The position numbers were made by a program, and so were the translations under genes. A stretch of 62,855 nucleotides of DNA, filler included. It is 10 parts of 10 records of this genome, joined end to end, with 100 filler letters (N's around TTAATTAATTAA, not from the genome) between each part and the next. Parts side by side here need not be neighbours in the genome. Positions count along the whole stretch, not along the records: positions 14,502 to 27,301 come from SRR11831586_106; positions 27,402 to 32,059 come from SRR11831586_111; 8 more parts are not named here. One strand, written 5' to 3'. Below, one piece after another: positions 21,543-32,159 of this stretch. Within the stretch, counting starts at the first letter, position 1, and each line of letters begins with the position of its first letter. The notes beneath the pieces were generated by a model. The model made no database searches. It was given only the letters and a program-made list of their open reading frames with translations, and was not told the origin of the DNA.

Positions 21543-22289
21543 ATGGATATCCCACGTATTTTTACCATCAGCGAAAGTGAACACCGCATCCATAACCCGT
21601 TCACCGAAGAGAAGTACGCCACGCTGGGTCGCGTGCTGCGCATGAAGCCGGGCACCCGCATTCTTGACCTCGGCAGCGGCTCGGGCGAGATGCTCTGCAC
21701 CTGGGCCAGGGATCATGGCATTACGGGGACTGGCATCGACATGAGTTCGCTCTTCACCGCGCAGGCAAAGCGTCGCGCGGAAGAACTCGGCGTCAGCGAA
21801 CGCGTACATTTTATTCATAACGATGCGGCCGGTTACGTCGCAAATGAAAAATGTGACGTGGCGGCCTGCGTCGGCGCGACATGGATTGCCGGTGGGTTTG
21901 CCGGGGCGGAGGAGCTGCTAGCGCAAAGCCTGAAACCGGGCGGGATCATGCTTATCGGCGAACCCTACTGGCGTCAGCTACCAGCAACAGAAGAAATAGC
22001 CCAGGCCTGCGGCGTCAGCTCGACAAGCGATTTCCTGACGCTGCCAGGACTTGTCGGAGCGTTCGACGATCTCGGCTATGACGTGGTGGAAATGGTACTG
22101 GCAGACCAGGAAGGCTGGGACCGGTATGAAGCCGCAAAATGGCTGACCATGCGCCGCTGGCTGGAAGCGAATCCTGACGATGACTTCGCCGCCGAAGTCA
22201 GGGCCGAACTAAACATCGCGCCGAAACGCTACGTGACCTACGCGCGGGAATGCTTTGGCTGGGGCGTGTTCGCACTCATCGCCCGGTAA
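21543..22289 (+). CDS. yjhP: SAM-dependent methyltransferase
   Basis: 248 aa; ILDLGSGSG. Confidence 0.93.
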   Translation: MDIPRIFTISESEHRIHNPFTEEKYATLGRVLRMKPGTRILDLGSGSGEMLCTWARDHGITGTGIDMSSLFTAQAKRRAEELGVSERVHFIHNDAAGYVANEKCDVAACVGATWIAGGFAGAEELLAQSLKPGGIMLIGEPYWRQLPATEEIAQACGVSSTSDFLTLPGLVGAFDDLGYDVVEMVLADQEGWDRYEAAKWLTMRRWLEANPDDDFAAEVRAELNIAPKRYVTYARECFGWGVFALIAR

Positions 22290-22415
22290 CAACAGGTTCC
22301 CGGTATTTCTGGCTGGAAATATCGAGGCTTTACCTTTGCTTTGATCTGATGTATCACCTGCACAATACATATTCAGTATGTTTATTAATCAAGATGTCAC
22401 CATAAGGAGCATCAT

Positions 22416-22676
22416 ATGTCACAACATGAACAGTTCTGTCAGGCTTGCGGAATGCCGATGTCGGCACCAGATGCACACAGTGCCAGTGATCAATATTGTG
22501 CGTAATGCAGCGACAGCAACGGCAATCTCAAACCCTGGGAAGAAGCGGTATCAGGTTTAGCCAGCTTCCTTGATTCCTGGCAAAAAGTCGGCCCGGAGGA
22601 AGCACATAAGCGTGCAAAACGTTATCTGACGGCAATGCCAGCCTGGGCTCATAAAGCGGAGAGTGATTTGAGCTGA
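22416..22676 (+). pseudogene. yjhY: Zinc-ribbon protein with a premature stop
   Basis: AAGGAG RBS; MSQHEQFCQACGMPM...QYCA*CSDS...MPAWAHKAESDLS; TAA at 22503 lies inside the second CxxC. Confidence 0.75.
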
Positions 22677-22713
22677 TTATCTATACTCCCTCTGAATCTA
22701 TTCAGGAGATCCG

Positions 22714-22851
22714 ATGTTTTCTTACATTATGCTGGGAACCAACGACCTGCCACGCGCCATTACATTCTAAGATCCGCTGATGGAGATGCTGGGGTATCCA
22801 CGTGCAGGACGTAATGAAGAGGGAGCGTCCTGCAACAAAGTGGTGCTATAA
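22714..22851 (+). pseudogene. VOC/glyoxalase family N-terminal remnant
   Basis: AGGAG RBS; MFSYIMLGTNDLPRAITF*DPLMEMLGY with TAA at 22768; truncated after about 45 codons. Confidence 0.7.
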
Positions 22852-23074
22852 CAGTTACCGCGTTTTATTCATCCTCATTATTTCAACCATAATCACTGGT
22901 CTCTCCAGCCCGTAACTTTCACAAACGTTGAGCGCTTTTATTCCACTCGGCTCACATAATTTTTTATTTGTTCAGCTTTGCGCGTTTTCACGTGAACGTT
23001 CTCACAATTATTCGACCAGTCTGCGCCTATAAAACGCTCAACGAGTGATTGTTTTACGGTCTACGGAGATAGCT

Positions 23075-24196
23075 ATGTCATTTTCTGTGCAGGAAACCCT
23101 GTTCTCGCTTTTGCAGCACAATGCGATTTCAGGACACGAAAACGCTGTCGCTGACGTCATGCTGTGCGAATTCAGGCGTCAGGCAAAAGAGGTCTGGCGA
23201 GACAGGCTTGGGAATGTCGTCGCGCGCTACGGTAGTGATAAACCCGATGCGCTGCGACTGATGATTTTTGCGCATATGGATGAAGTCGGTTTTATGGTGC
23301 GCAAAATAGAGCCGTCTGGATTTTTACGCTTTGAACGCGTAGGCGGTCCTGCGCAGGTCACTATGGCTGGTTCCATCGTCACCCTCACCGGGGACAAAGG
23401 GCCAGTCATGGGGTGTATCGGCATTAAGTCCTACCACTTTGCCAAAGGCGACGAGCGCACGCAGTCACCTTCTGTCGACAAACTGTGGATTGATATTGGT
23501 GCCAAAGACAAAGACGACGCTATACGGATGGGCATTCAGGTCGGTACGCCTGTCACTCTGTATAACCCGCCGCAACTCCTGGCAAACGATCTGGTGTGCA
23601 GTAAAGCACTAGACGATCGTCTAGGCTGTACTGCCCTGCTCGGTGTAGCGGATGCTATCAGTACTATGGAGCTTGATATCGCCGTTTATCTGGTGGCTTC
23701 GGTACAGGAAGAATTTAATATCCGCGGCATTGTTCCCGTATTACGCCGTGTAAAACCTGACCTGGCGATTGGTATTGATATCACTCCATCGTGTGACACC
23801 CCTGATTTACACGATTATTCCGAGGTCAGGATTAATCAGGGCGTTGGGATCACCTGCCTGAACTACCATGGTCGGGGAACGCTGGCCGGATTAATCACGC
23901 CTCCTCGCCTGATACGGATGTTGGAACAAACGGCTCTTGAACACAACATTCCGGTGCAGCGAGAAGTGGCTCCCGGCGTGATAACAGAAACCGGTTATAT
24001 CCAGGTTGAGCAGGATGGTATTCCCTGCGCCAGTCTCTCTATTCCTTGTCGCTATACCCATTCTCCGGCGGAGGTTGCCAGCCTGCGTGATTTGACTGAT
24101 TGCATCCGCCTATTGACCGCTCTGGCAGGTATGTCAGCAGCACATTTCCCCGTTGAGCCTGATTCAGGCACTACACAAGAGGCACATCCATTATGA
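23075..24196 (+). CDS. sgcX: M42 family peptidase-like protein
   Basis: 373 aa from ATG 23075; AHMDEVG, KALDDR, VQEE. Confidence 0.93.
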   Translation: MSFSVQETLFSLLQHNAISGHENAVADVMLCEFRRQAKEVWRDRLGNVVARYGSDKPDALRLMIFAHMDEVGFMVRKIEPSGFLRFERVGGPAQVTMAGSIVTLTGDKGPVMGCIGIKSYHFAKGDERTQSPSVDKLWIDIGAKDKDDAIRMGIQVGTPVTLYNPPQLLANDLVCSKALDDRLGCTALLGVADAISTMELDIAVYLVASVQEEFNIRGIVPVLRRVKPDLAIGIDITPSCDTPDLHDYSEVRINQGVGITCLNYHGRGTLAGLITPPRLIRMLEQTALEHNIPVQREVAPGVITETGYIQVEQDGIPCASLSIPCRYTHSPAEVASLRDLTDCIRLLTALAGMSAAHFPVEPDSGTTQEAHPL

Positions 24197-24471
24197 AAAA
24201 GATCCTTGTGGCATGCGGTACCGGCATGTCGACTTCAACCATGATTGCACACAAGCTGCAAGAGTTCCTGACTGAACAGGGCATTTCAGCCACTACCGCC
24301 CAATGCTGTCTGAATGAGATCCCTCTTAACTGTAACGGTATGGACCTTATTGTAACCTCCATGCGAACCAACAGTGATTACGGCATCCCTACGCTTAATG
24401 GCGCCGCCCTGCTCACAGGGATCAACGACGACGCGTTAAAACAACAAATCAAGGCTCTGTTAACTCAATAA
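24193..24471 (+). CDS. sgcB: PTS EIIB (galactitol family)
   Basis: ILVACGTGMSTS P-loop. Confidence 0.94.
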   Translation: MKKILVACGTGMSTSTMIAHKLQEFLTEQGISATTAQCCLNEIPLNCNGMDLIVTSMRTNSDYGIPTLNGAALLTGINDDALKQQIKALLTQ

Positions 24472-24482
24472 AAGGAGGCATT

Positions 24483-25796
24483 ATGTTTGATTACATCCTG
24501 TCTCTCGGCGGTACCGTTTTCGTCCCTATCATCATGATCGTGATTGGCCTTATCTTCCGCATCCCCTGGCTGCAGGCGATTAAGGCAGGGGTAACGGTTG
24601 GGATTGGTTTTGTCGGTATGGGACTGGTGATCGTCATGGCGATCGACAGCCTCAGTCCCCCTATCAAAGTGATGATTGAGCGTTTCGGCCTAGCCCTGCA
24701 TGTCTTTGACGTTGGCGCAGGCCCTGCCTCCGGCGTTGGTTATGCGACAGCCATTGGCGCCATGATTATCCCAGTTATTTTTCTTCTCAATGTCGCCATG
24801 CTGGTCACCCGTCTGACCAAAACGATGAACGTCGATATTTACAATTACTGGCACTACGCCATTACGGGTACGGTGGTCCAGCTTATGACCGGTAGCCTGA
24901 TTTATGGTGTGCTGGGGGCAATCTGCCATGCGGCGCTATCGTTAAAAATGGCCGACTGGACGGCAAAACGGGTACAGAACATCGTCGGGCTGGAAGGTAT
25001 TTCGATACCGCAAGGCTACGGTTCCAGTTCAGTACCGCTTTTCGTTCTACTTGATGCTATCTATGAAAAAATCCCTTTCATGAAGGGACGCAATATCGAT
25101 GCTCAGGAGATCCAGAAACGCTACGGCATGGTCGGCGATCCGGTGATTATCGGCGTAGTGCTCGGTCTGATTTTTGGCCTGGCGGCTGGTGAAGGCTTTA
25201 AAGGTTGCGCCAGTCTGATGATTACCGTTGCGGCAATCATGGTGTTGTTCCCGCGCATGATCCGCCTGATTGTTGAGGGCCTGCTGCCCATCTCCGACGG
25301 TGCAAGAAAGTTCTTCCAGAAATATTTCAAAGGACGTGAAGTGTATATCGGTCTGGATACTGCTGTGACGCTGGGGCATCCAACCACCATTGCTGTCGGT
25401 CTGCTACTGATACCCATTATGTTAATTCTGGCCAGCATTTTACCGGGCAACAAAGTGTTACCCCTCGCAGACCTGCCGGTAGCACCGTTCTTTATCTGTA
25501 TGGCTACGGTTATCCACCGCGGAGACCTGGTCAGGACGTTGATAAGCGGGGTCATCGTGATGATTACCGTCCTGCTGATCGCCACCCAGTTCGCGCCTTA
25601 CTTCACTGAAATGGCGCTCAAAGGCGGTTTCAGTTTTGCCGGTGAAAGTGCGCAAATCTCAGCGTTGTCCGTGGGCAATATGTTCGATTGGTCGATTTCT
25701 GAATTGATGTCGCTTGGGATTATTGGCGTTGTCGTGGCGGTCGGTATTGTCGCCAGCGTCGTGCTGTTCTTACGTAAACGTGAATTATCGGAATAA
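24483..25796 (+). CDS. sgcC: PTS EIIC (GatC family)
   Basis: 437 aa; TMNVDIYNYWH. Confidence 0.94.
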   Translation: MFDYILSLGGTVFVPIIMIVIGLIFRIPWLQAIKAGVTVGIGFVGMGLVIVMAIDSLSPPIKVMIERFGLALHVFDVGAGPASGVGYATAIGAMIIPVIFLLNVAMLVTRLTKTMNVDIYNYWHYAITGTVVQLMTGSLIYGVLGAICHAALSLKMADWTAKRVQNIVGLEGISIPQGYGSSSVPLFVLLDAIYEKIPFMKGRNIDAQEIQKRYGMVGDPVIIGVVLGLIFGLAAGEGFKGCASLMITVAAIMVLFPRMIRLIVEGLLPISDGARKFFQKYFKGREVYIGLDTAVTLGHPTTIAVGLLLIPIMLILASILPGNKVLPLADLPVAPFFICMATVIHRGDLVRTLISGVIVMITVLLIATQFAPYFTEMALKGGFSFAGESAQISALSVGNMFDWSISELMSLGIIGVVVAVGIVASVVLFLRKRELSE

Positions 25797-25808
25797 GGAG
25801 TACTTTCA

Positions 25809-26615
25809 ATGAGTTGGCTGAAAGAGGTTATTGGGACGGAAAAAGCGGTCATCGCCATGTGCCATCTACGTGCATTGCCCGGCGACCCGAGTTTTGATGC
25901 GCAGTTGGGGATGAACTGGGTTATCGACAAAGCCTGGGACGATCTGATGGCGCTCCAAAATGGTGGGGTGGATGCAGTCATGTTCTCCAACGAGTTTAGT
26001 CTTCCCTATCTCACGAAGGTGCGTCCGGAAACCACTGCGGCAATGGCACGAATCATCGGGCAATTAATGAGCGATATCCGCATCCCGTTTGGCGTGAATG
26101 TTCTGTGGGATCCGGTCGCCTCATTCGACCTGGCGATGGCTACCGGCGCTAAGTTTATCCGCGAGATATTTACCGGTGCCTATGCCAGCGACTTTGGCGT
26201 CTGGGACACTAACGTCGGTGAGACCATCCGTCATCAACACCGGATTGGTGCAGGCGAAGTGAAAACCTTGTTCAATATCGTCCCAGAGGCCGCCGTGTAT
26301 CTGGGCAATCGCGATATCTGTTCTATTGCTAAATCGACAGTATTTAACAACCATCCTGATGCGCTCTGTGTTTCTGGCCTGACCGCCGGGACGCGTACCG
26401 ACAGCGCGCTGTTAAAACGGGTCAAAGAAACGGTGCCTGACACCGTCGTGTTGGCCAACACGGGCGTCTGCCTGGAAAACGTGGAGGAACAACTCAGTAT
26501 CGCCGATGGCTGTGTGACCGCAACCACCTTTAAAAAGGACGGCGTTTTTGCCAATTTCGTTGACCAGGCGCGAGTCAGTCAGTTTATGGAGAAAGTGCAT
26601 CATATACGCCGATAA
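25809..26615 (+). CDS. sgcQ: BtpA/SgcQ family protein
   Basis: 268 aa; HLRALPGDP and PFGVNVL. Confidence 0.93.
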   Translation: MSWLKEVIGTEKAVIAMCHLRALPGDPSFDAQLGMNWVIDKAWDDLMALQNGGVDAVMFSNEFSLPYLTKVRPETTAAMARIIGQLMSDIRIPFGVNVLWDPVASFDLAMATGAKFIREIFTGAYASDFGVWDTNVGETIRHQHRIGAGEVKTLFNIVPEAAVYLGNRDICSIAKSTVFNNHPDALCVSGLTAGTRTDSALLKRVKETVPDTVVLANTGVCLENVEEQLSIADGCVTATTFKKDGVFANFVDQARVSQFMEKVHHIRR

Positions 26616-26659
26616 GATGGGGATAAGCAGAGCGCTTATCCCCGGCAAAGAGCAATAAC

Positions 26660-26749
26660 CCTTCTGCGATCCCTGCCGCCTTCGTCAAAAGTATCGACGG
26701 GGATCGCTACCAGATTAACCCGAATCGGCATGGAGTCAACGACGGATGA
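26660..26749 (-). ncRNA. ryjB: Probable small RNA RyjB in the sgcQ-sgcA intergenic region
   Basis: Position recalled from K-12 annotation; the intergenic region contains strong hairpins; ends approximate. Confidence 0.45.
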
Positions 26750-27177
26750 TTAACGATATTAAATGGGTACAGGCACAACGTAAAGCCACCGACTGGCGTC
26801 AGGCCGTGGAAATCGCCACCCGCCCGCTGGTAGCCTATGGTGCCGCGCAGCCATGCTACGTTAATGGGATCATCGAAAATACCCTTAACTGGGGGCCTTA
26901 TTATCTGATAGCCCCAGGAATCGCCTTGCCTCACGCCCGACCAGAGCAAGGCGCAAACTATAATCAGGTCAGTATCACCACGCTACGCACCCCGGTCGCC
27001 TTTGGTAACGAGGAGTGCGACCCCGTCTGGCTGCTTCTCTGCGTCAGCGCCACGGATGCCAACGCACATATTTTGACCATTCAGCGCATCAGCCAGTTTA
27101 TTGATTCGCCACAACGCTTAACGGCAGTGGGAAATGCCAGCACAGACGATGCACTGTTTGCGCTGGTATCAGGTTAA
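26746..27177 (+). CDS. sgcA: PTS EIIA component
   Basis: 143 aa; GIALPHARP phospho-His motif. Confidence 0.94.
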   Translation: MINDIKWVQAQRKATDWRQAVEIATRPLVAYGAAQPCYVNGIIENTLNWGPYYLIAPGIALPHARPEQGANYNQVSITTLRTPVAFGNEECDPVWLLLCVSATDANAHILTIQRISQFIDSPQRLTAVGNASTDDALFALVSG

Positions 27178-27188
27178 CGGAGGCGCTT

Positions 27189-27301
27189 ATGATCCTGCAC
27201 CCTTCTCTCGCCAGCGCAAATCCTCTGCACTATGGTCGTGAGCTGACGGCATTGGACAATCTGGATTTTGGGAGCCTGCATCTGGATATTGAGGACAGCA
27301 G
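27189..27301 (+). CDS. sgcE: Ribulose-phosphate epimerase-like protein (5' fragment)
   Basis: MILHPSLASAN...LHLDIEDS, cut by the linker. Confidence 0.88.
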
Positions 27302-27401
27302 NNNNNNNNNNNNNNNNNNNNNNNNNNNNNNNNNNNNNNNNNNNNTTAATTAATTAANNNNNNNNNNNNNNNNNNNNNNNNNNNNNNNNNNNNNNNNNNN
27401 N
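27302..27401. other. Artificial contig linker
   Basis: N44-TTAATTAATTAA-N44. Confidence 0.99.
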
Positions 27402-29141
27402 AAGGTTAAATTCCTCACCTGCAATTTCATGCGCTTTCTTTTCCAGCTCAGCCAGACGAAGGGTGAGCTCTTCAGAATGATTGTGCAGCACTTTCGGATC
27501 GATCTTCACACCGTTACGTTCAATGCGTGAAAGCACCGGCACCAGCGGCATTTCGATATTCTCGAAGACGTTCAACGGCCCTTTGTGTTTTTGCAGATCC
27601 GGCCACATTTTCAGATGCAACTGCAAGGTGACATCTGCATCTTCGGCGGCGTAACGTCCGGCTTCTTCGAGGGCAATCTGGTTAAAGGTCAGTTGATTTT
27701 TGCCTTTACCAGCAATCTCTTCAAAAGTGATGGTTTTGTGCTTCAACCAACGTTCCGCGAGGCTGTCCATATCGTGACGCCCGGCAACGCTATTGAGAAT
27801 GTAGGACTCCAGCATGGTATCAAACGCAATCCCACGCAGTTCAATGCCGTAGTTCGCCAGAATACCGCGATCGTATTTCAGGTTTTGCCCGACCTTCAGC
27901 GCCTTTTCATCTTCCAGCAGCGGTTTTAGCAACTCGAGTGCACGCTCGCGAGAGATTTGATCGGGCGCATCAAGATAATCATGAGCAACCGGAATATATG
28001 CCGCTACGCCTGGCTCGATAGCAAAAGAAAGCCCGACCAGGTTAGCAGAGATGTTATCAAGGCTGTCGGTTTCGGTATCAAATGCAAATACCGGCGCTTT
28101 TTCCAGCTTCGCAATCCACGCTTTCAGTGTTTCTTCATCAAGGATGGTGACGTAGTTGTCATAAGAAATCACCGTTGCCGTCACTTCTGGTGCTTCGTCT
28201 GCAACACTGGTTTCCTGTGGCTTCGCGGCTGGTTTTGCCCCTTTGGCCTGTAACCATTTGCCCGCTTCGACATCAGCAGTCCAGCGTTTGAACTCATACT
28301 TTTTGAACAGCCCCAACAACTCTTCCGCTGCCGGTTGCTGCACTTCCAGTTGTTCACAGGTCAGCTCCAGTTCAACGTCGGTTTTAATCGTCGCCAGCTG
28401 GTATGAGAGATAAGCAACTTCTTTGTTTTGCTCGAGCTTCGCTGCCATTGTTTTCGCGCCACGGAAGCTCAACCCAGCAATTTTTTCTGGCTCGGCATAC
28501 AGCGTATCCAGTCCGCCAAGACCTTGCAGCAATGCCTGCGCGGTTTTTTCACCGACGCCCGGTACGCCAGGAATGTTATCAGAGGAGTCACCCATCAGCG
28601 CCAGGAAATCGATGATCAGTTCTGGCGGCACGCCGTACTTATTCACCACCTCTTCCGGTCCGAGGATGGTATTCGTCATGGTATTGATAAGCGTAATATT
28701 TGGCGTCACCAGCTGCGCCATATCTTTATCGCCAGTGCTGATCAGCACCGGACGCCCGGCTTTTTCGGCTTCGCGCGCCAGAGTACCGATAACGTCGTCC
28801 GCTTCTACGCCAGAAACCGCCAGCAGCGGCAGTCCCATCGCTTTAACCATCGCGTGCAAGGGTTCGATTTGTGCACGCAGATCGTCCGGCATTGGCGGGC
28901 GATGTGATTTGTAATGTTCAAACAGTTCATCACGAAAGGTTTTTCCCTTGGCGTCAAAGACCACCGCTGCATGCGTCGGTTTATATTGCATGATCAGACT
29001 GCGCAGCATGTTGAGGACACCATACATCGCACCGGTCGGCTCGCCTGCGCTGTTAGTCAGCGGGGGAAACGCGTGATATGCGCGATAAAGATAAGATGAA
29101 CCATCTACAAGGATAAGTGGATTTTGGGGGATCTGAACCAT
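27402..29141 (-). CDS. polA: DNA polymerase I (3' truncated)
   Basis: [21 protein letters not shown]; 5'-3' exonuclease and 3'-5' exonuclease (FDTET) domains. Confidence 0.98.
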
Positions 29142-29264
29142 AATGTCCGTGCCTGTTTATCAGATTATGGGTAAAGGATGCCACAGACAGGATGAAAACA
29201 TGAGTTTTTCACCGCTTTTCGTGAAAATCTTTTGTAGATCTTCTGGATCGCTCGCAAATCGTCA

Positions 29265-29285
29265 TGTGGATAACTTTGTGCATAA
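29265..29285 (-). promoter_or_regulatory. DnaA boxes upstream of polA
   Basis: Minus strand TTATCCACA (29265-29273) and TTATGCACA (29277-29285); a near match at 29406-29414. Confidence 0.75.
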
Positions 29286-29504
29286 ATTATTTACATCGCT
29301 TTTAATTTATTATCATGCTTTTTACAGCATGATGTTTGTCTTTGTTTTTCATGCAGTTAAAAATAAATCCATCCCTAATAATTGAGATAATGGGATTTTT
29401 TCTAATGTGGATAGATATGAATTATTTTTCTCCTTAAGGATCATCCGTTATTTGGGTCGTTTTCTGCTAAAATCTGCGCCTTGCGCTTCTTTAGCGCACT
29501 GTCT

Positions 29505-30437
29505 ATGGCTAACCTTTTGAATAAATTCATTATGACGAGAATACTCGCTGCGATAACCCTTTTGCTGAGTATCGTATTGACCATTTTGGTCACTATTTTT
29601 TGTTCCGTCCCGATCATCATTGCCGGGATTGTAAAACTATTGCTACCTGTGCCAGTCATTTGGCGAAAGGTTTCGCGTTTTTGTGATTTTATGATGTATT
29701 GCTGGTGTGAAGGTCTGGCGGTATTACTGCATCTGAACCCACACCTTCAATGGGAAGTTCACGGGCTGGAAGGGTTAAGTAAGAAGAACTGGTATCTGCT
29801 TATTTGTAACCACCGTAGTTGGGCAGATATTGTCGTACTGTGCGTGCTGTTTCGTAAGCACATTCCGATGAATAAATATTTCCTCAAGCAACAGCTGGCC
29901 TGGGTGCCATTTCTTGGCCTGGCGTGCTGGTCGCTGGATATGCCGTTTATGAAGCGTTATTCCCGCGCTTATTTATTACGTCATCCGGAGCGACGTGGTA
30001 AAGATGTTGAAACCACTCGGCGTTCTTGTGAAAAGTTTCGCCTGCATCCCACCACCATTGTCAATTTCGTTGAAGGCTCCCGTTTCACGCAAGAAAAACA
30101 TCAGCAAACCCACTCCACTTTTCAAAACTTGTTGCCACCAAAGGCGGCAGGCATTGCGATGGCGCTAAATGTACTGGGTAAACAATTCGATAAACTGCTT
30201 AATGTTACGCTGTGTTATCCGGACAATAACCGTCAGCCGTTCTTCGATATGTTAAGCGGTAAACTGACGCGGATTGTCGTACATGTGGATTTACAGCCTA
30301 TTGCCGATGAGTTACATGGCGACTACATCAATGACAAAAGCTTTAAGCGCCATTTTCAGCAATGGCTGAACTCATTGTGGCAGGAAAAAGACCGGCTTCT
30401 GACGTCTCTCATGTCATCACAGCGTCAGAATAAGTAA
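29505..30437 (+). CDS. yihG: Lysophosphatidic acid acyltransferase
   Basis: 310 aa; NHRSWAD and FVEGSR motifs. Confidence 0.94.
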
Positions 30438-30442
30438 GTTTT

Positions 30443-30470
30443 ACTCGCCTCTGAATGAGCAGAGGCGAGT
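30443..30470. terminator. Hairpin between convergent yihG and yihF
   Basis: ACTCGCCTCTG-aatgag-CAGAGGCGAGT. Confidence 0.7.
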
Positions 30471-30477
30471 GAGTATT

Positions 30478-31908
30478 TTAATGAACAAAACGTCCGGCAC
30501 GAGACATAAATTCTTCTTCGCTCATCTCCTGTCCGTTAAAAACAACTTTACCCGGTGTATAACGCAGCTGCAGCGAGGCGGTATTGTTGTCAATCGTGAT
30601 TAACTGAAACATCTGACCTAATGTCATCATCCCGCTGATTTGTTTATCAGCCTGCTTTTGCGCTTTTTCCGCATCCATTCCTTCAGATAAATTAAGCTGT
30701 TTTGCGGTTTCTGTGACGACATTAAGCGGTAACTTCACATCAAAATTGAGCGATTTGATATCTTTGTTTGTGGATGATGAAGATTTGGCTGGGTCGGCAA
30801 TACTGATATCCAGATTGGCATTTAGTTCGCCGAGTGCGTTCTTCCATCTTACCGGTTGTTTAATGGTCGGCTCACTTTTTTGTAATAACGGTAAATACTC
30901 TTTGAACAATGCAGCATTCACTTCTTGCAGAGCAACTTCATCGTTTGCTAACTCAGGGTGTGCAGCAAGCTGCTTCTGCATCGCAATGTTATACTGGATG
31001 ATAAATTGGCGCACTGCTGAGGGATCAATAGATTCAGCAATCAATGACCACTCACCACTACCGAGTTGCTGATTCCCTTTTGTTAACTTATCAAGTTCGT
31101 AGGTGAGATTGACATTGATATAATCTTTGTCTTTAACGCGATCCAGCCTGGTTTTTGCAACGAAAGCATCGATTTGGGCAACGTCTTCCCCGTGATTGAT
31201 AATGTTAATCTGATTAAATTTCGACTCGCTTTCACCAACCGGAAATTTCTTTTCTTCTAATCGCGCCAGAGAATCAATGGTAAAACTTTTTGCCGTTACT
31301 TTGTTCATTGGTGATAATTGCAGAACAATATCTTCGACTTTGCCTTCAATATCCAGGTTAGACAATGAACTACCATCACCATTAAAAGTAAACTGGCCCT
31401 CACCAAAAGAAAACTTTCCATACTCTGCAGGGGCAACATCTAATGTCGTAGAGAATGAGCCACCAAACGCGAATCGCAATGTCGCTTCCACGGGCGATTT
31501 ATTTTTCGCGGCGATAAATAGCGGTTGTGTCAGTTCATTATTCACTAAGTTCACTTTTGCCGCTGCCAGTGCTGGGATGACATTACCATGCATTAACATT
31601 GTGATGGGCAACGGACCGTGCTCAACATCCACATCAAATACAACTTTCTGGCCTGGCTTGATATTGAGATCGGGTGCACCGTTATCGAATGTCATTTGCA
31701 TTTGAAAACGGGAATTAAAAAAGCCTTTGTCAAAATTTTGATAACTTAACGTCATATCGTAGGCATGTTCACCTTTCTTTTTAGCATCGTTAAAATCTTT
31801 AATAAATTTTTCGACACCAGGCTGAATTTGCGTACCTGTGTACCATGTGCCACCACCCCAGATTACGGCTAACGCAACAATAACACCTGTAGCTGACTTA
31901 CGTATCAT
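30478..31908 (-). CDS. yihF: DUF945 (YdgA family) protein
   Basis: 476 aa from MIRKSATG; GGGTWYTG and VEHGPLP. Confidence 0.92.
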   Translation of the reverse strand: MIRKSATGVIVALAVIWGGGTWYTGTQIQPGVEKFIKDFNDAKKKGEHAYDMTLSYQNFDKGFFNSRFQMQMTFDNGAPDLNIKPGQKVVFDVDVEHGPLPITMLMHGNVIPALAAAKVNLVNNELTQPLFIAAKNKSPVEATLRFAFGGSFSTTLDVAPAEYGKFSFGEGQFTFNGDGSSLSNLDIEGKVEDIVLQLSPMNKVTAKSFTIDSLARLEEKKFPVGESESKFNQINIINHGEDVAQIDAFVAKTRLDRVKDKDYINVNLTYELDKLTKGNQQLGSGEWSLIAESIDPSAVRQFIIQYNIAMQKQLAAHPELANDEVALQEVNAALFKEYLPLLQKSEPTIKQPVRWKNALGELNANLDISIADPAKSSSSTNKDIKSLNFDVKLPLNVVTETAKQLNLSEGMDAEKAQKQADKQISGMMTLGQMFQLITIDNNTASLQLRYTPGKVVFNGQEMSEEEFMSRAGRFVH

Positions 31909-32014
31909 ATAAATATTCCCTGATAAAACAGCAAAACTTTGAATATCCACTTATGCTGAAATAATGTCCAGCGGCAGGATGCATTATCAGAATGTATTTA
32001 TATTTATTAAATAA

Positions 32015-32046
32015 TAAAAAAAGCCCGTGAATATTCACGGGCTTTA
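32015..32046 (-). terminator. Intrinsic terminator (dsbA side)
   Basis: AAAGCCCGTGAATATTCACGGGCTTT palindrome followed by a T tract on the minus strand. Confidence 0.8.
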
Positions 32047-32059
32047 TGTAATTTACATT

Positions 32060-32159
32060 NNNNNNNNNNNNNNNNNNNNNNNNNNNNNNNNNNNNNNNNN
32101 NNNTTAATTAATTAANNNNNNNNNNNNNNNNNNNNNNNNNNNNNNNNNNNNNNNNNNNN
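32060..32159. other. Artificial contig linker
   Basis: N44-TTAATTAATTAA-N44. Confidence 0.99.

Noticed and set aside
22378-22560. 60-aa ORF downstream of yjhP
   Set aside because: The overlapping alternative frame has an RBS and zinc-ribbon motifs, so it is the better reading
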